A stretch of DNA of 64,000 nt, taken from assembly GCA_046590205.1 (NCBI GenBank), contig JBKJTT010000068.1, forward strand, positions 4,819-68,818. The letters are read 5' to 3'. This document shows positions 1 through 7,666 of this stretch, one piece after another. A model generated the notes under the pieces. The model was not told the origin of the DNA, did not search any database, and saw nothing but the letters and a program-made list of their open reading frames with translations. The first letter of the stretch is position 1. Each line of letters begins with the position of its first letter. Source of the stretch: Candidatus Kapaibacterium sp. (GTDB lineage Bacteria; Bacteroidota; Ignavibacteria; Palsa-1295). A program made the position numbers and the translations under genes.

Positions 1-479
1 ATCTCGCCGCCGAAGTCAACGATGATGAGGTGTATCTTCTCGTATTCAGATGCAAATCCTATCGTCTCGTATCTTCCTCTTGCTCCGAGCGAAGCACGCC
101 GAAGTTTCTCTGGTGAAAAATGATGCGACACTGTTAATGATGCTGTCTCATTACTAAATAGCTCTTCGTACCCCATACGAACGAACGATACACCAATTGA
201 TGTAGAAATATCAGTAATAGTATAAGCTATGCCCGCCGCATATTCGGTTGCATGATCAAGTCCACCTTTGAAGGGAGAAAATGATACCGACGTAAGCGCA
301 TCAGTGAGCGAATCAGAGTGTACAGATGAAGGGTTAATCGCAAAAACGTTACCACTGCGCGAGATAATATCGGAGTAGGCAAGCGAAACCGAACCTGCCG
401 ATGAGGGCATTAGTCCTTGCCCGAAGGACTCGGTGCAAAGTAAGAATAACACAAACGTAGTAAATATCCGCGAACTCAC
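1..479 (-). CDS. Partial (5' end in window) outer-membrane beta-barrel-like secreted protein, possibly PorV/PorQ-like T9SS-associated; runs off window edge
   Basis: Hand translation of the minus strand from a GTG at 479 gives at least 159 aa with no stops. It begins VSSRIFTTFVLFLLCTESFGQG (signal-peptide-like), followed by ...AYSDIISRSGNVFAINPSS..., which resembles the N-terminal motif of PorV/PorQ/FadL-like barrels. It is absent from the ORF track because no stop codon falls within the window. Confidence 0.4.
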   Translation of the reverse strand, partial: MSSRIFTTFVLFLLCTESFGQGLMPSSAGSVSLAYSDIISRSGNVFAINPSSVHSDSLTDALTSVSFSPFKGGLDHATEYAAGIAYTITDISTSIGVSFVRMGYEELFSNETASLTVSHHFSPEKLRRASLGARGRYETIGFASEYEKIHLIIVDFGGE

Positions 480-482
480 GAG

Positions 483-520
483 TTCAAAAATAAGAAACCC
501 CGACAATTAGCCGGGGTTTC
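483..520 (-). terminator. Rho-independent terminator downstream of the DUF1573-cytochrome c gene
   Basis: The inverted repeat aaaccccg / cggggttt (495-502 pairing with 512-519) is followed on the minus strand by a T-tract (ttatttttg), immediately after the stop codon at 545. Confidence 0.55.
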
Positions 521-544
521 TTAGAAAAAAGATTTTTCGAAAGC

Positions 545-1378
545 TTAGTTTGCTTTGGTAGCACCTTCGAGCGACTTCATGCTCTTCTCGCGTTGTAAGT
601 TCTTTTTGAACGCCTTGAGATAATCAACAAGTGATGCGATCTCTTCGTCGTTAAGCGGTCCTTTGTGTTTGGTATGGAATCCGGGCATGTTTGAGTTCGG
701 GATACCATCACGGATGATCGTTGTCCACGATTTTTCATCATGGTTCATCATTGCATCAGATGCGATGTCGGCACCCGGCTTGTGTTCAGCAGCAGAACCG
801 TGGCAAAGAGCGCAGTCTGCTTCATAAAGCTTTGCGCCAAGTTCGCCTTTGCCTTTATCAACGTGGCATGATGCACAACTTCCTTCAAAGACTTTCTGAA
901 TTGACATTGCTTCACCCGCATGTGCAGTCGATGACTTGAAGATCGTACCTTGAATACGAAGTGTCTTCTGGGCGCCGTTAACAGCATTAGAGACAACAGT
1001 AATGGTCTTGACCATCGGTCCTTCTGCTTTGTTATGAGCATCAAAGGTGATCTTCAAGCGCGATTCCTGATTCGGAGCAAGTTTTTTGTTGTCAAGGACA
1101 GCCGCTGTGCATCCGCAAGACGGGTTTGCGCTAATGATCTCGAGCGTATCAGTGCCAACATTTTTGATCACAAACGTTGTAACTACATCTTTATTCTGCT
1201 CGATCTTCCCAAAATCATGCGTCTCCTCGTTGAACTCGATCTTCGGTCCCTTCATGGAGTCAGCAGGTGTAAAGAAACCGGCAACAGCCGAGCGAAGCTC
1301 AAACGAGGACGGACCGTTCAAGAGGACAAATGCCGCGATGGCAATAACCGCAGCGAAAAGTGCAAAAGTACGTTTCAT
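545..1378 (-). CDS. Lipoprotein-type DUF1573 domain fused to a c-type cytochrome domain (two CxxCH motifs)
   Basis: An N-terminal signal peptide is followed by the DUF1573 signature (HDFGKI...NVGTDTLEI...PSCGCT). The C-terminal region contains CASCH and CALCH haem-binding motifs. Confidence 0.7.
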   Translation of the reverse strand: MKRTFALFAAVIAIAAFVLLNGPSSFELRSAVAGFFTPADSMKGPKIEFNEETHDFGKIEQNKDVVTTFVIKNVGTDTLEIISANPSCGCTAAVLDNKKLAPNQESRLKITFDAHNKAEGPMVKTITVVSNAVNGAQKTLRIQGTIFKSSTAHAGEAMSIQKVFEGSCASCHVDKGKGELGAKLYEADCALCHGSAAEHKPGADIASDAMMNHDEKSWTTIIRDGIPNSNMPGFHTKHKGPLNDEEIASLVDYLKAFKKNLQREKSMKSLEGATKAN

Positions 1379-1510
1379 AGAGGCAGTTGAGTAAATTTAA
1401 CGTAAAGTGTTTAAATGTATAACGCTTAAGAAAGGTTTCGGTTACACATGGAACAGACTATTGGCCAGATAAGTTATACATAGCAGATACAGAAAGGAAT
1501 CCTGCCCCCA

Positions 1511-2809
1511 TTGAGAGAGAATTTTGAGTTTTTCTCGACACATAAAGAACGCGAACGCGCCGCTATCGTGTCGCTCATACGCCAATCCGACGAATCCGGT
1601 CGCCTTGCCGCGAAAGAACATCTTGATGAATTAGAACGACTTGCAGATACTGCCGGAGCCGATGTGCTCTACCGGATGACGCAAGAACGTCCGCTCCCCG
1701 ACGGCGCAACCTACCTCGGAAAAGGAAAAGTAGCCGAATTGAAGACTCATGTAGAGATGAACGAGATCCAGCTCGTCCTCTTCGATGATGACCTTTCACC
1801 CGTCCAGATACGCAATCTCGAAAAAGAACTTACGGTAAAGGTACTTGACCGCTCCGGTCTTATCCTCGATATTTTCGCATCCCGCGCCCGTACCCGCGAA
1901 GCAAAGACGCAAATAGAGCTTGCACAGCTTGAGTACTTTCTGCCTCGCTTGACCCGTCAATGGACTCACTTATCGAAGCAGTTCGGTGGTATCGGTACAA
2001 AAGGACCCGGTGAAACGCAGATCGAGACGGATAGACGTATCATCAAAACACGTATCATCAAGCTTAAAGAAAAACTTAGTGAAATTTCGCGTCAACAGTT
2101 GACTCGTCAAGAAGGAAGAACAGACGAACTTGCACGAGTTGCTCTCGTCGGTTATACCAACGCAGGCAAATCTTCGCTTCTGAATGCTCTTTCACTCGGT
2201 GATGTGTATGTTGAGGATAGATTATTTGCAACACTTGATGCGACAACACGCGCAGTTGAGCTTAGCCACGGAAAAAAGATATTACTTACTGACACGGTTG
2301 GGTTCATACGCAAACTCCCAGCAAAGCTTGTCGCTTCGTTCCGTTCGACGCTTACCGAGATCGAGAACGCCGATATACTTCTGCATACTGTCGATGCAAA
2401 CCACTCCGATATCGACGAACATTTAGAGGTCGTTGAAAAAACACTTTCTGATCTCGGTGCAAGCGAGAAACCGACGATCCTCGTCTTGAATAAATGCGAT
2501 CTATTGCCAAAGGAAGAGAGACCTAACTTCGAGGAGCTTCGCAGCCGCTATCCACACATGGTGATGATAAGCGCATTCAAAGGTTACGGTATCACTACGC
2601 TCAAGGAGGAGATAGAAAATGTACTTGGCGAATCATCTTCGTATATGGAGGTTGAAGTGCCGATGGATAAGTATGAGATCGCTTCACGACTCCACGAACT
2701 TGCCGAAGTAACCGAACGCAAATTCACTGACACGACAGTCACGATGAAGCTATCGGTACACAAACGGAATAAAGAGAGAGTGCAAAGACTTTTGGCGAAA
2801 GCAGCGTAA
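1511..2809 (+). CDS. hflX: GTPase HflX
   Basis: The HflX N-domain and G-domain motifs are present (GYTNAGKSSLLNAL, DTVGF, NKCD) and the sequence is collinear with E. coli HflX. The ORF opens with TTG at 1511, so the true start is uncertain (an in-frame GTG near 1569 is also possible). Confidence 0.85.
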   Translation: MRENFEFFSTHKERERAAIVSLIRQSDESGRLAAKEHLDELERLADTAGADVLYRMTQERPLPDGATYLGKGKVAELKTHVEMNEIQLVLFDDDLSPVQIRNLEKELTVKVLDRSGLILDIFASRARTREAKTQIELAQLEYFLPRLTRQWTHLSKQFGGIGTKGPGETQIETDRRIIKTRIIKLKEKLSEISRQQLTRQEGRTDELARVALVGYTNAGKSSLLNALSLGDVYVEDRLFATLDATTRAVELSHGKKILLTDTVGFIRKLPAKLVASFRSTLTEIENADILLHTVDANHSDIDEHLEVVEKTLSDLGASEKPTILVLNKCDLLPKEERPNFEELRSRYPHMVMISAFKGYGITTLKEEIENVLGESSSYMEVEVPMDKYEIASRLHELAEVTERKFTDTTVTMKLSVHKRNKERVQRLLAKAA

Positions 2810-2812
2810 GGG

Positions 2813-2995
2813 GTAGTTCTTAGTTGGTAGTCGTTAGTGATTGTGTCATTGCGAGGAGTGGCTTTAGCCCGACGAAGCAATCTAAAATATCGAAAGTGCA
2901 ACACTCTTTGAGATTTGAGATTGCTTCGTCACTCCCTTCGGTCGTTCCTCGCAATGACAATACCTTAAATACACACTAAAGACTAACTAAGAGAG
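2813..2995. repeat. Complex nested inverted repeat between convergent hflX and the merR-like gene; likely a bidirectional terminator and a member of a palindromic repeat family
   Basis: The inner stem gtcattgcgagga (2846-2858) pairs with tcctcgcaatgac (2946-2958). A second inner pair is gacgaagcaatct / agattgcttcgtc. The outer arms ggtagtcgttagtg (2826-2839) and ctaaagactaactaag (2976-2991) share core motifs with the hairpin at 48645-48708. Confidence 0.6.
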
Positions 2996-3568
2996 CGTCT
3001 CCTTCAACTCAAGCAGTTGCTTCTTCAAATCCTGTAATGTCTTCACAGGCACAAGCACTTCTTTCGGCGGCACGGGTGGGATAATGTGAAGCTGTGATTC
3101 ATCTTTGACCTTTATTTTTGTTTCTGCTGCCTGCATACGACGCTCGAGGTCGCGCTCTTCATGGAGTATCTTCTTGGCGCCTTCAATAGTAAAACGCTGA
3201 TCGCGCAGAAGTTCTTTGATGCGCTGAATAAGTTTTACATCCTTATCGGAATAGATACGATTTCCGCCGCGATTCTTTTGCGGGTTGAGGTCATCGAACT
3301 CCGTCTCCCAATAACGCAAAACATACTGCTCCACACCTGCCATTGCACTGACTTCCGAAATCGAGAGATAAAGTTTCGGGATTGCATAATCATGCAAACC
3401 GCGACGCTGTCTTGTGCGCTCGGTGTTCTGCTCGGGTTCGGGCTCCATCTGCATATCTTTTGCAGATGGCACTTCAAAAAATTCGCCTTGTACTGTCATT
3501 GGGGTGCCTATCAACTGTAATGCAAAATTACAACAGTTTTGGGACGGGGGTCGTGATTCGTGATTCAC
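2987..3568 (-). CDS. MerR-family transcriptional regulator
   Basis: A MerR-type helix-turn-helix (YLSISEVSAMAGVEQYVLRYWE...NRGGNRIYSDKDVKLIQRI) lies after a roughly 55-aa N-terminal extension. The start overlaps the acpS stop by 4 bp (ATGA); an internal start is possible. Confidence 0.7.
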   Translation of the reverse strand: MNHESRPPSQNCCNFALQLIGTPMTVQGEFFEVPSAKDMQMEPEPEQNTERTRQRRGLHDYAIPKLYLSISEVSAMAGVEQYVLRYWETEFDDLNPQKNRGGNRIYSDKDVKLIQRIKELLRDQRFTIEGAKKILHEERDLERRMQAAETKIKVKDESQLHIIPPVPPKEVLVPVKTLQDLKKQLLELKETLS

Positions 3569-3951
3569 AACTTCTCAATGACAACCATCGCCTCTGCTAT
3601 CTCTTTGGTATGGGTTAGCGAGACTTGTATCTGGTACTCGCCGCCTATTCTGGAATCGGCAAGGGTTTTCATTGAGCCGGTGAGCTTCATGATGGGTTTG
3701 CCAGACATTTCCTTGCCGACGACAGATTCCTTCCAGCGAAAGCCGTTGCGGATACCTGTCCCGAGCGCTTTGGATAGTGCTTCTTTTGCGGCAAATCTTG
3801 CTGCGAAATGTTCGGCGCTGTTCTTACGGGAGCTGCAGTAGCGAATTTCTTCTTCGGCAAAGATGCGGCGAACGAACTGCTCGCCATACGTGGCGATGCT
3901 CGCCGCAATGCGCGGTACTTCGATGGTGTCTATGCCGATGCCGTATATCAT
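3565..3951 (-). CDS. acpS: Holo-[acyl-carrier-protein] synthase (4'-phosphopantetheinyl transferase AcpS)
   Basis: The sequence MIYGIGIDTIEVPRI...AARFAAKEALSKALGTGI is a typical AcpS. It is about 128 aa and overlaps the upstream gene by 4 bp. Confidence 0.85.
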   Translation of the reverse strand: MIYGIGIDTIEVPRIAASIATYGEQFVRRIFAEEEIRYCSSRKNSAEHFAARFAAKEALSKALGTGIRNGFRWKESVVGKEMSGKPIMKLTGSMKTLADSRIGGEYQIQVSLTHTKEIAEAMVVIEKL

Positions 3952-4565
3952 ACTATGACAATATCGAACGAGTGCAGAAGCCCGATAGCTCCCTCGGTAG
4001 AGAACTTCGCTTTCTTAATGGTATTTTCGAGCGGATCAATGATGAAGTTATATGAAGTCGAGAGGTCTGCTTTGGTAAGGTTCGTTCTGCCGAAGATGGC
4101 TTCCGAGAAATCGCAGTTGGAAAATATTGCACCCGAAAGATCAGTCTCACTAAAGAACACTCGCTTTAGCGAGCAACCAGTAAACTCTGTTTTCTTCAAC
4201 GGTAGTTTAATGAATGAAGCATGGTCAAGTTTACACTCATCGAAGCGAACATCTATCATTGCTGCATTTGTAACGCTCATATCAATGCCGAGAAGTTTTG
4301 ATGAGCGGAAGTGGACGCCGCGAAAGTTCGTCGCACGAACGGTAGCATTACTCAAGTCGCAGGAGATGAACTCACACTCGATGAATACGGACTCATCAAG
4401 CTTTATACCGCCGAAGTCGCATCGGGTGAATACGCATCGCTCATATTCACCAGATGTAAAACCTTCTTCGCGAAAGTTTTCACCGGTTATCTTTTTCTCG
4501 AAGTGATAGTTGTCGCTCATAAAAATAAAAGAGTCCGCCGTAGCGGACTCTAATAACTCATTCAT
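3948..4565 (-). CDS. Pentapeptide-repeat protein (Qnr/McbG-like fold)
   Basis: Tandem A(D/N)LxX pentapeptide repeats run through the C-terminal 190 aa (CDFGGIKLDESVFIECEFISCDLSNATVRATNFRG...). The ORF-track entry 3948..5165 is too long, because its N-terminal 200 aa are an out-of-frame overlap with the binding-protein gene. The real start is the ATG at 4565 (MNELL...) or at 4520 (MSDNY...). Confidence 0.7.
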   Translation of the reverse strand: MNELLESATADSFIFMSDNYHFEKKITGENFREEGFTSGEYERCVFTRCDFGGIKLDESVFIECEFISCDLSNATVRATNFRGVHFRSSKLLGIDMSVTNAAMIDVRFDECKLDHASFIKLPLKKTEFTGCSLKRVFFSETDLSGAIFSNCDFSEAIFGRTNLTKADLSTSYNFIIDPLENTIKKAKFSTEGAIGLLHSFDIVIV

Positions 4566-4572
4566 TGATAAA

Positions 4573-6399
4573 TTAAAATCCGGCCGCAACTGCCTTCGTG
4601 CCGCCTCCTGATGCTCCGCGGATCTTCCAGAGAGCATGGATGAAACCGGGACGGACAGGATGCCATGATACATTATCAAACCTATTGACCCAAGCGACAG
4701 GTGTTTGGGGAGTCCAAAGGATAGTGATCGGCTGATCGTCGTAGAGCACTTGCTGAAATTGCTTTTGAAGTTCGATGCGAGTTGCTTCGTCAAACTCTGC
4801 ACGAATACCTGTGAGCAATTCATCAGCACGTTTACTTGCATATTGCGGATAGTTCGAGCCGCGGTTACGCCCCTGCGATGAATGATAAAGTTGGTAGTTA
4901 TCGGATTCAAACGGATCGCTCTGCCATGAACCATACGATGCGTCAAAGTTATGGTCACGCTGACGGTCAAGGAAGATAGACCACTCGATAGGCGCAACTT
5001 CTGCCTTGATACCAACCTTACGAAGTGATTCGGTGATGATAAGAAGAATTTGTTTTCTTGTCTCATTACCTGCATTGACCATGAAGGTAAAACTGAACGG
5101 TGTTTTCTTACCGCCGATAGTTTTATCAAGGATACCGTCGCCGTCGGAATCAACCCAGCCCGCATCGGTCAGAAGCTGTTTTGCTTTTGCAACATCGTAC
5201 TCGATAGTTGCAAGGTTTGAGTTATACTCCTTGCGGGATTCTGAATTTGGAGATTGCGTTAATTTGGCTAACCCATACAGTACTTTATCAATGATCGTTT
5301 TTCTATCAATAAGATGCGACATCGCCCAGCGAACTTTGGAATCGTTAAAGAACTTGCTTTTATTATTCCAGTTGATAAGCGCATACGAGGAAAGCGGGAA
5401 TGTCGTTTTGCTGATATGCTTCGCTTGATTCGTATCAACTTTAACGTAGTACGGCGGCTGCAAGAATCCGATGAGGTCAATGTCCTGCGCCTTGAGTGCT
5501 GTAACTGTTGCAGCCCAATCACTGATGACCTTATAAATAAGGGTATCAGGAGAAACTTCACCATACTTTGAACCGCTTCTATTTACATAGTTTGGATTAC
5601 GCACAAGAATTATGCGGTCATTGGTGCGCCACTCTGCAAGTTTATACGGACCAGAACCCTGAATAAACTTTGGGTCACGACCTGTTTCAGCTGTAGTAAA
5701 ATACTCTGCGTATTCTTTCATTGCCGGATTGATGTTCATCTTGGCTACTTTGTCCACATCAACTTCTTCACCTGCACCAGGTGCTTCGATGATAGCAGCA
5801 ATATCACCCCATGAATACTTGTCCGTCAGTCCTTTGGGGTCAAAAATATGTTTCGGCAAGATATAAAGAATATCGGAGAATGCCTGCTGAACTGTCAAGA
5901 AGTATGGCTTCCACATTGTGAAGCGAACGCGGTATGGGTCGCCGTCAATGAGTTCGCAGCTATGGATGCCATCAACATAGACTCTCTTCTGGGCACTCAT
6001 GGTATTGAGCGGATTCTTCAGCGACTTCAAACTGAAGATAACGTCAACTCCTGTGAGTTCTTTGCCGTCAGCAAACTTGATGCCTTTGCGAAGTTTGAAA
6101 TCGAAGGTCTTGTGGTCTTCGGATTCGATGGGCATTTCTTCAGCAAGCCACGGGATGTTGACTTCCATCGTTTCGGGGTTGATACGAAGCAGACGCTCGA
6201 AGATCATTTCCTCAACGTATGTTTCGTTGGCTCCGGTTGAGTTCTGCGGGTTGAGTCGTTCAAGCTCGGAGAGGATATGCTCAACGACGCGATTATTGGT
6301 TGAAACTGATTTAGCTTCTCCTCCGCTACCGCCGCCGCAACTGACGAGATAGGAAGCAGAAAGAATTGTGAGAAGAAAGATGCGGAAATTCGTTTTCAT
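4573..6399 (-). CDS. ABC transporter substrate-binding protein, family 5 (peptide/nickel/opine type), lipoprotein
   Basis: A lipobox signal (LVSCGGGSGG) is followed by the overall family-5 binding-protein architecture at about 600 aa. The start is taken at MKTNFRIF (6399). No permease or ATPase genes are adjacent. Confidence 0.65.
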   Translation of the reverse strand: MKTNFRIFLLTILSASYLVSCGGGSGGEAKSVSTNNRVVEHILSELERLNPQNSTGANETYVEEMIFERLLRINPETMEVNIPWLAEEMPIESEDHKTFDFKLRKGIKFADGKELTGVDVIFSLKSLKNPLNTMSAQKRVYVDGIHSCELIDGDPYRVRFTMWKPYFLTVQQAFSDILYILPKHIFDPKGLTDKYSWGDIAAIIEAPGAGEEVDVDKVAKMNINPAMKEYAEYFTTAETGRDPKFIQGSGPYKLAEWRTNDRIILVRNPNYVNRSGSKYGEVSPDTLIYKVISDWAATVTALKAQDIDLIGFLQPPYYVKVDTNQAKHISKTTFPLSSYALINWNNKSKFFNDSKVRWAMSHLIDRKTIIDKVLYGLAKLTQSPNSESRKEYNSNLATIEYDVAKAKQLLTDAGWVDSDGDGILDKTIGGKKTPFSFTFMVNAGNETRKQILLIITESLRKVGIKAEVAPIEWSIFLDRQRDHNFDASYGSWQSDPFESDNYQLYHSSQGRNRGSNYPQYASKRADELLTGIRAEFDEATRIELQKQFQQVLYDDQPITILWTPQTPVAWVNRFDNVSWHPVRPGFIHALWKIRGASGGGTKAVAAGF

Positions 6400-6421
6400 A
6401 AGGTATATATTAAGATTCAAC

Positions 6422-6721
6422 ATGAAGTATTATATCATTCTAACAAGCTACGTAGTTCCGCCCGAAATGGTCGTTGAGCATACCCCTGCCCACCGAGCGC
6501 ATTTGGCGGACTATTATAAGAAAGGCATTATGCTCTTCTCCGGACCGATGGAGCCCCGCACAGGCGGCATACTTTATGCCCGAGCAGAGGGTGTTTCAGT
6601 TGTTGAGGAGATGGTATCGGTTGACCCCTTCAAGACGACCGGCTGCGCCAATTTTCAGATAATCGAGATGAAACCTGTTATGTGGGCAGAAGGGCTAAAC
6701 AATTTGTTTGGTACTCCGTAG
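6422..6721 (+). CDS. YciI-like (Dabb-fold) protein
   Basis: MKYYIILTSYVV...HRAHLADYYKKGIMLFSGPM...VDPF resembles YciI-family proteins of about 99 aa. The start is placed at the internal ATG at 6422 because the longer ORF would overlap the divergent upstream gene. Confidence 0.55.
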   Translation: MKYYIILTSYVVPPEMVVEHTPAHRAHLADYYKKGIMLFSGPMEPRTGGILYARAEGVSVVEEMVSVDPFKTTGCANFQIIEMKPVMWAEGLNNLFGTP

Positions 6722-6730
6722 GCATTATCA

Positions 6731-7630
6731 ATGCACACTGCTATTGATCATCTCCAACCGGAAATTGCGTCTTCTTTAGGCAACTTTGAGCTTGTCGCGA
6801 AGTTCGTTGTCGAAGGGTTTATTACAGGACTACATAAATCGCCGTATCACGGATTTTCTGTCGAGTTCGCACAGCACCGCCCATATATGCCGGGAGATGC
6901 GATTCGCAATATAGATTGGAAGCTCTTCGCTCGGACAGACCGACACTTCGTAAAGCAGTTCGAGGAAGAGACGAATCTGAAGGCACATATCATACTCGAT
7001 ATTTCGCGCTCGATGAATTATACGAGCGGCAAACACATCACGAAGTACCGCTACGCTTCGATACTTGCTGCTTCACTTGCATATCTTCTGATTCGTCAGC
7101 AGGATGCCGTCGGGCTTGGCTTGTACGATGAGGAAGTAAAGCTTTTTATGCCTGCACGGCTCAAGACAAGTTACTTGCGCGAGATACTCAAGGCAATCCA
7201 AACGGCAGAGCCCTCGAATAAAACAAAGACTGCATCAGCGTTACGCTCATTACTCGAACGGCTTAAACGACGCGGTCTTGTTATTGTCATTAGTGATTTT
7301 CTTGGTGATGCCGATGAGATTATCACATCACTCAAGCTCCTGCGTCATGCCGGACATGAAGTGATTGCATTTCAAGTGCTTGACCCCGTCGAGAGAAACT
7401 TTGCTCTTGATGTGAGCGATGCAACTATCGTTGATATGGAAACCGGTGAATCGCTAAAAACACAGCCGTACCAATTACAAGAAGCGTATCGTAAGGCAAT
7501 GGGAGAGCACATCGAGAAGCTCCGTCATGAACTTGCCAACGAGAGGATAGATTATCTGCTTATTGATACAACTATTCCGTTCGATATCCCTTTACGGGAA
7601 TATCTCTACAAGCGACAAATGTTATTGTAG
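6731..7630 (+). CDS. DUF58 (vWA-like) domain protein
   Basis: The DUF58 signature is present: HGFSVEF...YMPGDAIRNIDWKLFARTDRHFVKQFEEE. Confidence 0.75.
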   Translation: MHTAIDHLQPEIASSLGNFELVAKFVVEGFITGLHKSPYHGFSVEFAQHRPYMPGDAIRNIDWKLFARTDRHFVKQFEEETNLKAHIILDISRSMNYTSGKHITKYRYASILAASLAYLLIRQQDAVGLGLYDEEVKLFMPARLKTSYLREILKAIQTAEPSNKTKTASALRSLLERLKRRGLVIVISDFLGDADEIITSLKLLRHAGHEVIAFQVLDPVERNFALDVSDATIVDMETGESLKTQPYQLQEAYRKAMGEHIEKLRHELANERIDYLLIDTTIPFDIPLREYLYKRQMLL

Positions 7631-7666
7631 AAATAGAATCTTAGATGTAGTATACAACTTCTTTCA

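Noticed and set aside
3948-5165. A 405-aa ORF in the track that would make the pentapeptide-repeat protein twice as long.
   Set aside because: Its first 200 aa lie on the same strand as, but out of frame with, the well-supported substrate-binding protein gene (4573..6399) and read as low-complexity nonsense. The pentapeptide repeats begin only after the internal ATGs at 4565 or 4520.
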